Origin: Candidatus Bathyarchaeota archaeon
Lineage (GTDB): Archaea > Thermoproteota > Bathyarchaeia > Bathyarchaeales > Bathycorpusculaceae
Assembly: GCA_963811105.1 (NCBI GenBank)
Contig: CAWEPZ010000011.1
Location: forward strand, 832,001 to 896,000
DNA: 64,000 nucleotides
Direction: 5' to 3'
Shown here one piece after another: positions 58,303-64,000 of the stretch. Every line of letters starts with the position of its first letter. The stretch's first letter is position 1. Both the position numbers and the translations under genes were made by a program. The notes under the pieces were generated by a model. The model was not told the origin of the DNA. It saw only the letters and a list, made by a program, of their open reading frames with translations, and did not search any database.

Positions 58303-60933
58303 TTAAGCGCGTTTTCTAAGTAACAGTACAGTTGCAATGGCTATAGCAAGAATTATTGCTATGGCTGTTGCTGCAAAGTATATTTCGAATGGCGGATTAA
58401 CTGTAGCTTGTAGTGTCGGTGCTGGTGTTGCTGTTGCTGGCGCTTCAGTGACACCAACTGATGTTGCCGCAAAGGAGCTGCCATATGAGTCATCGCCTAC
58501 AAACGTTGCAGTCACCGCATATTGTCCGGGTAATTCAGGTTGCCACATGTACCCAAAAGTGCCTCTATAGCCTTCAGTAGTAACGGTAGCGATATGAATA
58601 GAGTTGCCATTAGGATCAACAGCATCAAGCGAAACTGGAACGCCAATTATGGTTTCGTTACCCCATAGACCACCTATTGGTCTTTGCAGGTGCAAATATT
58701 CCATCTGTGTAGTCATTGAGCCTTTGGATACGCAGGCTGTTTCAGGCTGGGCGGGAGACTGGTCAAGTACTGTACCTTTTATCATTAAGCTCTGTCCCAA
58801 GTTTACAGCTGTCATAGGTGCCTCAACGGTTGTTGCACTTTGTCCTTTGCCAAAAACGTACATGTAGCCCGTGTTTGAGTCAGTGGCTGTCATATAGCCG
58901 TCAGCAATAACACCTGAAGACATAGGATGCGTGATTTTCCATATAAGTTCGCCTGTAGTAATGTTGATGCAGTGCATTCCCCATCCTCTGGTTAAAGGAT
59001 AAGTGGCTGAGTGCTCGCTGTTTGTTACGTACATTTTTCCATCAGCAATTTTGCCTCCACTGTTGAAACAGTAAACTGTAGTTCCATTCTCTCCAGTATA
59101 GGGGGCTTCATACATGCTGTCAGCGGGTGCTTCGTATTTCCACACTATTTTTCCGTCGGTCCAGTTGAAAGCGTAGACACCGTTGTAGGCTTGTCTAAAT
59201 ATCATGCCGTAGGCTGATTGTATAGCGTAGGCTCCAAAGCTAGTGGATGCCCATGGATACAGCATTGTTTCGCTTCTCCAAGCTTCACTTCCTGTTAAGA
59301 GATCAATCGCTATGAAGTACCCTTGCTGCGTAAGAATGGCTACTTTTCCGTGGTCTGCAACGTTACATGATCCGCTATATTGAGTCTGGTCGGGGAAAAA
59401 TTTGCTCCAAGTGTTTTCGCCTGTTCTCATATTTATGCCTGTTACGTTTATTCCAGAATAGACTCCAGCAGTTGTCAATTCAGATACCGATGCACCCATC
59501 ATCACATTATAGTCACATAGTGTTGGCAGGCTGCTTCTTGCATAAGTTGTATTGCTGGCAATTCTTGAAGCGATGCTCGTTGAGGTTCCCCAAACAGTCC
59601 AGTTAATTAAGCGGTATCTGTTTGATCCGGCAGCTGAGCCTAGGTCTTGTATGGTTAAGACATAGCCGTTCTTGTAGTAGGTGCCTCCGGACAATGGAGA
59701 TATCGAGTAGTTGGCAGTTAAAGCGCCAGTTTGTGGATTGATTTTTCTTAGATAACTGCCGCTTATCGATATAAGCTCTGGATTCTCGACTTTGCTTTCG
59801 CCTGGTGCTGTTCCAGCGCTACCGCCTGGCACTGCTTCATTGGCTTCTGGTGAAATCCAGTTGGGAGCTAAGATGTGGTATGAAATTTGGCTTGGCGTGA
59901 TGCCGTTGTACGGTTCAGCAGTGGGAATCATGTAGTACATATAGCCAGTTCGTAGGTCGTAGCAGGTTGCGCAGCTAATGAAGGATCCATTGTACCATTG
60001 TACTGTTTGTGTTGCATAAGCTCTTCCTAGATATACCAACGATGGGTTAGTAGCAGAGCCAGTTGACTGGAGTGTAAGGTCTGGTCCTGTAAAGCCAACT
60101 ACTGGGTTATCCATACGCTTCCATAGAATGTGTGCACTGTTTGGTCCTTGAACCCATGGATAGAATCCATAGCTGCTGCTCCAGGATGGGTTTGTGTTAG
60201 GGTAGAGTTGATTCCAAATGGGTAGTTCCGAATTGAAGTAGTAGTCTGGGTAGTTGCCTGCGATTGGCCACCACTCTCTGTTTAGGTATGCGTCTAGCGG
60301 TCGTGTCCAATAGTCAGTTGGATAAGGTTGCTCGGGCCAAGAATAAACCGTTTCCTCTTGGACGACAAGGGTTTGTTCTTTGGTGGAGCTGGGCTGATAA
60401 TAGGCTGATTCAATGTAGGCTGGTGCTGCAAAAGAGTTGCCAACGGAATAATTGCCAATTTCAGCTAAGCTGGCGTAAACTTTGCCTTCGAAGTAATATC
60501 CTGCTGGGAAGTATGTTCCGAGGAAGTCAAATTTGAGTGTCCAATTGCCAACTTGGTCGGCTATATATTCAAACCATGATGTAGCATCCGCTTGAAAGGA
60601 ATCCATCTTAAGTACGTCTTTTGATCCGTCGGGTTTGGTAATTGTGACAGTGTAATCATGATGGAATCGTGTTGCTGCAAGAGCAGGTGTGGTCCAAAGG
60701 TTAACCATGAAAGTCTGACCTTTGCCTACTGGGTTAGGTCTAAAGCTGAGTTGGGCTGTTGTGCTGCGTGTGTAATTGGCAGTAACACCGGCTGGCATTG
60801 CGCCTGTTGTTGGTTGCGCCAAGGAAGATGTCGCCTTGACAGGCATAACTGCGATTGTCAATAGAAAAACAGAAACTGTTAGCATTGCAATAACTACTAT
60901 CGTGGGTATTTTCATTTTACTTGTTTTTTTCAT
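58303..60933 (-). CDS. Large secreted PQQ-like beta-propeller surface protein (paralogue 5)
   Basis: LSFRPNPVG, PTDYWTRP..NREWW, GPNSAHILW, NSEHS..RGW, DQSPAQPET..MEYLHLQ, TM and LRKRA tail. Confidence 0.9.
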   Translation of the reverse strand: MKKTSKMKIPTIVVIAMLTVSVFLLTIAVMPVKATSSLAQPTTGAMPAGVTANYTRSTTAQLSFRPNPVGKGQTFMVNLWTTPALAATRFHHDYTVTITKPDGSKDVLKMDSFQADATSWFEYIADQVGNWTLKFDFLGTYFPAGYYFEGKVYASLAEIGNYSVGNSFAAPAYIESAYYQPSSTKEQTLVVQEETVYSWPEQPYPTDYWTRPLDAYLNREWWPIAGNYPDYYFNSELPIWNQLYPNTNPSWSSSYGFYPWVQGPNSAHILWKRMDNPVVGFTGPDLTLQSTGSATNPSLVYLGRAYATQTVQWYNGSFISCATCYDLRTGYMYYMIPTAEPYNGITPSQISYHILAPNWISPEANEAVPGGSAGTAPGESKVENPELISISGSYLRKINPQTGALTANYSISPLSGGTYYKNGYVLTIQDLGSAAGSNRYRLINWTVWGTSTSIASRIASNTTYARSSLPTLCDYNVMMGASVSELTTAGVYSGINVTGINMRTGENTWSKFFPDQTQYSGSCNVADHGKVAILTQQGYFIAIDLLTGSEAWRSETMLYPWASTSFGAYAIQSAYGMIFRQAYNGVYAFNWTDGKIVWKYEAPADSMYEAPYTGENGTTVYCFNSGGKIADGKMYVTNSEHSATYPLTRGWGMHCINITTGELIWKITHPMSSGVIADGYMTATDSNTGYMYVFGKGQSATTVEAPMTAVNLGQSLMIKGTVLDQSPAQPETACVSKGSMTTQMEYLHLQRPIGGLWGNETIIGVPVSLDAVDPNGNSIHIATVTTEGYRGTFGYMWQPELPGQYAVTATFVGDDSYGSSFAATSVGVTEAPATATPAPTLQATVNPPFEIYFAATAIAIILAIAIATVLLLRKRA

Positions 60934-60961
60934 TTTTCTTTTTTCTTTCCTTTTGTATTTT

Positions 60962-61056
60962 AGAAGCGGGACTTAAACTTTAAAATGTCCCTCCTCCTGA
61001 ACCCTTATCCACTAACTTGCTCTTAAAACTGTGTGGAAAGTGCTCACTGGCGACAA
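60962..61056 (-). promoter_or_regulatory. Conserved promoter motif and leader hairpin of paralogue 5
   Basis: Minus strand TTGTCGCCAGTGAGCACTTTCCACACAGTTTTAAGA, then hairpin AGGAG..GGGAC/GTCCC..CTTCT. Confidence 0.6.
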
Positions 61057-61416
61057 CAATATTTTTTGAAAAATAACTTGTTCAGAATCTGCCTAACACC
61101 TAACATTAGAGAAAGTGGCCTTTGCTATCCAGTTAAAAGAGAGAGATCTTTACCCAATATTGAGTAACGATAAAGAGAGCTTAAAAAAAACGCAGCTCAT
61201 CAAAGGCTTCCCGATCAGGCTTACGCAAAGCTCTAGCGAAGCCACTTCACCGGTTAATCTCACCCTCCAAAGCAATCCGAAAAGACTCAACGGTCTTACC
61301 CATAGCCTGCTATGTCTCCAAACAAGATGCACAGAAAAGAGCTGTCGATGTAGAGAACGAATTAACCAAAAATGAAGTGTTATGGGAAGAGATAGCAAAG
61401 CATGGAGGCCTATTGA

Positions 61417-61980
61417 ATGGAAAATAAAACTACTACCCTAAAAGTTCCTGAAGCCTACGTTCCTCTGTTGGACGATATTCGTCTTTTAACTGCAGATCAA
61501 AACAACCCCAACCGCACCACGCTAAAACAGCAAGAGCAAATCTGGCGGAGCCTCCAAAAGTACGGTTGGACCTACCCAATACTGACCAATAAAGAGGGCG
61601 TCCTAGTTGATGGCGAGCAACGTCAAAGTATTTGCATCGAGCATGGCGAATTTTTTGCTCCAGTTCTGCGCTTACCAGTTAGTGACATTGATAGGCGTAT
61701 GCTTCGTCAGATTCTCAACAAGCTAAAGGGCAAACACAATACAGAACTTGACAATGAAGAGTACATTCGCATACTGCAAGCAGGCGAGAAAGAGGATTTG
61801 AAGGCACTTCTTGAATCAATAGGTGAGAAGTTGCCACAGGAATTAGACGACAAAGAGTCTTCGCTAACCATACCTGAAACCTATGAGATAATCGTAGAAT
61901 GCAGAGACGAATCTGACCAAAAAAACATTTTTGATAAGCTAAATTCGGAGGGATACAAACTACGGATTTTGACATTATAA
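61417..61980 (+). CDS. ParB/Srx-like N-terminal domain protein (phage/MGE type)
   Basis: NPN..SLQKYGWTYPIL..LVDGEQR; C-terminal YEIIVECRDESDQ..L..EGYK.RILTL as in ParB proteins that precede phage ABC ATPases; GGAGG RBS. Confidence 0.85.
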   Translation: MENKTTTLKVPEAYVPLLDDIRLLTADQNNPNRTTLKQQEQIWRSLQKYGWTYPILTNKEGVLVDGEQRQSICIEHGEFFAPVLRLPVSDIDRRMLRQILNKLKGKHNTELDNEEYIRILQAGEKEDLKALLESIGEKLPQELDDKESSLTIPETYEIIVECRDESDQKNIFDKLNSEGYKLRILTL

Positions 61981-62570
61981 AACATTGGGATCAAGCTGAT
62001 AGCTTTAGAGCGCAAAGCGTAGTTGGTAGCTATACGCTTTCAGATGTGAAGTTAGAGAAGCGTTTTGTTGGCTCATTACCTATTGAGGATTTTGATTGGC
62101 AAGTTGGCGTAATAGTTGGGCGCAGTGGTTCCGGCAAGACAAGTATAGCTAAACAGCTTTTCCCCGACGCTTACATTCGCGGATTTGATTATTCACATAA
62201 ATGCGTTCTTGACGATTTTCCCGAAGAGCTTGAAACGGGAGAAATCACTAAAACTCTTTGCCGCGTGGGTTTTGCTTCCCCGCCCGACTGGCTCAAAAGC
62301 TACGATTGCCTAAGCCAAGGTGAAAAGATGCGTGTTGATATTGCCCGCGCTTTATGCTTGGATAAATCTTTGATTGTTTTTGACGAGTTTACTAGCGTGG
62401 TCGATAGGGAAATCGCTAAGGTCAGTGCTTTTGCCATAAGCAAAGCAGTTCGACGGAGCTCCAAGAATTTTTTGGTTGAAAAGCGATTTCTGAAAAGACG
62501 TTTCTGGTTTATGTCCTATGTAGAATCTCAATTAATTTTCTTTGAAAATCTTGGTGAAAAGTCAAACTAA
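61962..62570 (+). pseudogene. Truncated phage-type ABC ATPase (normally fused or linked to a GNAT acetyltransferase)
   Basis: Walker A GRSGSGKT, LSQGEKMR signature, VFDEFTSVVDR Walker B. Homology ends after KAVRRSSK (about 62465), before the H-loop. The frame extends upstream (DFDIIKHW..SFRAQSV) with no canonical start. Confidence 0.75.
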
Positions 62571-62578
62571 ACTCACCT

Positions 62579-62669
62579 GAGACCTATGCAAAACTCTATG
62601 AAAATTCGCTATTTGGCTATTTTTGGAATTATTTAATCAATTGATTAAAAACATGTCCTATGCATAGGT
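62579..62669. mobile_element. Possible IS-end/MITE relic
   Basis: GAGACCTATGCAAAACTC resembles IS1182/IS5-type ends (12/18 identical to the IR at 21786-21803); 9-bp inverted repeat ACCTATGCA/TGCATAGGT. Confidence 0.35.
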
Positions 62670-63068
62670 GTGCTTGAGCCTTATTTCTCAAAATTTCCAA
62701 TTGGGGCTTAATTCAATCCTGTTTGAACTGTACAGCCTCAAATCCCCGCTATTCAAACAAAAGCACTTATTCATGGGCTTAATCTACACCTAAACCCGCA
62801 CTTTTCGAAGTCTTCTCATGCAGATATGGCGAACAATAAATTTAAACTTAGTTTCAGAATCCCACAACCTTAGCGGCTAAACTCAGATTTAAGTGAAGAA
62901 TAGCCCAATTTAAGCCAGATTGAAAATGAGTGTACAACAGCCACGCCCCCCACCGTTTACGAAAAGAGGCTCATTTCAAGGAGCATAGTCCATGGCTGAA
63001 TAGGTGGGTCTATCACTGTGGATGTTACCGAGTTAATCTTAATAGCAGAATAGACCATATTGAAATTC

Positions 63069-63932
63069 ATGAGTGAAGTTCAGAAGTTTCAGGAATTTGT
63101 TCTTGGAATACGAGAAGACCTGACCATTGCTGATAATTATTGTTGGATGTTAGAACAAAAACTGATGGAACTTTCACGGATGATGGGTGATTTTTATTAT
63201 CAGCAAAACTGTTTTGAAATTAGAGAGTGGATTTTCGATGTTTTTCTGGACAAAATCTATGACGTTGATTCAAAGATTACAACTTTCTTGAAGGATTTGT
63301 ATTTAGAAGAATTACTGAAAAAAATATCGGTTCAAGAAATTAAGAAGTATGTTAACGAAATAATTTATGAAAAGAAAGGAATGGGTTCGGTAAATAGCTT
63401 TTCGAATTTGCATTGCTTAAAAAAAGCCGTTGCCAATTATAGACATTCAATTGATGTTACATTCGATAATTCAAGAGGATTTCTCTATAAAACGAACTGG
63501 ACTAACATGCAAAAAATAAACTTGGATAACTATCTATTCGCAAGAAAAAGACGGAAATACATTACTGCAAGAGAGGAACTTGTGAACGCCCAACAGATGA
63601 CTAAGAATGGAAAATATGAAGAAGTCCTAAACCACATTAGACCAGCATTAGAATTGGCTATCAAAGAACGGTTTGGATTCACCAAATTTAAGAATTTTTT
63701 GAATTTCCTAATTGACGCAGATAAAATGAATTTTCCACTATCATCATTTGATGTGCTTTACTTTTATTACGGAGAAGGTTCTGGGAGAATTCATGCTGGA
63801 AAACTTAGTACGCCTTATGAATGCCATTCGGCTCTAATTTTTGCTGAGGGTTTTATTGAAAGACTTGAAACGGTTAACATAACCCCCGAACAAATTGAGG
63901 CTTTCAAGAAAAAGTGCAATTGGGTTGAGTAA
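63069..63932 (+). CDS. Hypothetical protein with C-terminal HEPN/Abi_C-like helical domain
   Basis: A..G.YEEV..HIRPALELAIKE..GSGRIHAG..ECHSAL.F.E.FI pattern; low GC. Confidence 0.6.
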   Translation: MSEVQKFQEFVLGIREDLTIADNYCWMLEQKLMELSRMMGDFYYQQNCFEIREWIFDVFLDKIYDVDSKITTFLKDLYLEELLKKISVQEIKKYVNEIIYEKKGMGSVNSFSNLHCLKKAVANYRHSIDVTFDNSRGFLYKTNWTNMQKINLDNYLFARKRRKYITAREELVNAQQMTKNGKYEEVLNHIRPALELAIKERFGFTKFKNFLNFLIDADKMNFPLSSFDVLYFYYGEGSGRIHAGKLSTPYECHSALIFAEGFIERLETVNITPEQIEAFKKKCNWVE

Positions 63933-64000
63933 GAAAAGAATTGCTTACTCAACTTTCTTTAGCGGTTTCGGCTTGATTCCGTTCTTAGTTTGCAGTTCCA

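Overview
Archaeal chromosomal window, most likely a Bathyarchaeia (Bathyarchaeota) genome. This is inferred from an archaeal aRF1, TATA/BRE promoters, GGTGA/GGAG ribosome-binding sites, a PDCD5-like remnant and a greatly expanded family of PQQ-like beta-propeller surface proteins. It holds six copies of a ~840-880 aa signal-peptide/Ig/beta-propeller/C-terminal-TM family (four complete, one cut by the window edge, one pseudogene), two BamB-like propellers, two GT-C glycosyltransferases, DNA-repair genes (tag, MPG, MrfA/MrfB-like pair, DUF2400-nuclease fusion), a membrane pyrophosphatase, a probable PPi-type PFK, an IS1182 remnant, a ParB/ABC-ATPase/HEPN-like remnant island and several frameshifted genes. 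No rRNA, tRNA or CRISPR array was recognised. The strongest unexplained signals are: (1) a dispersed, same-orientation intergenic element (T/G-rich tract, CAGGTTG core, then a 10-bp-phased repeat array whose unit differs between copies); (2) a ~130-nt, ~63% GC, foldable non-coding island at 43.7-43.9 kb; (3) an aRF1 homologue with GGS in place of GGQ and altered stop-codon motifs; (4) an orphan contractile tail-sheath gene; (5) a shared promoter motif and 5' leader hairpins on the surface-protein paralogues. All family assignments come from motif recognition by eye, with no database searches.
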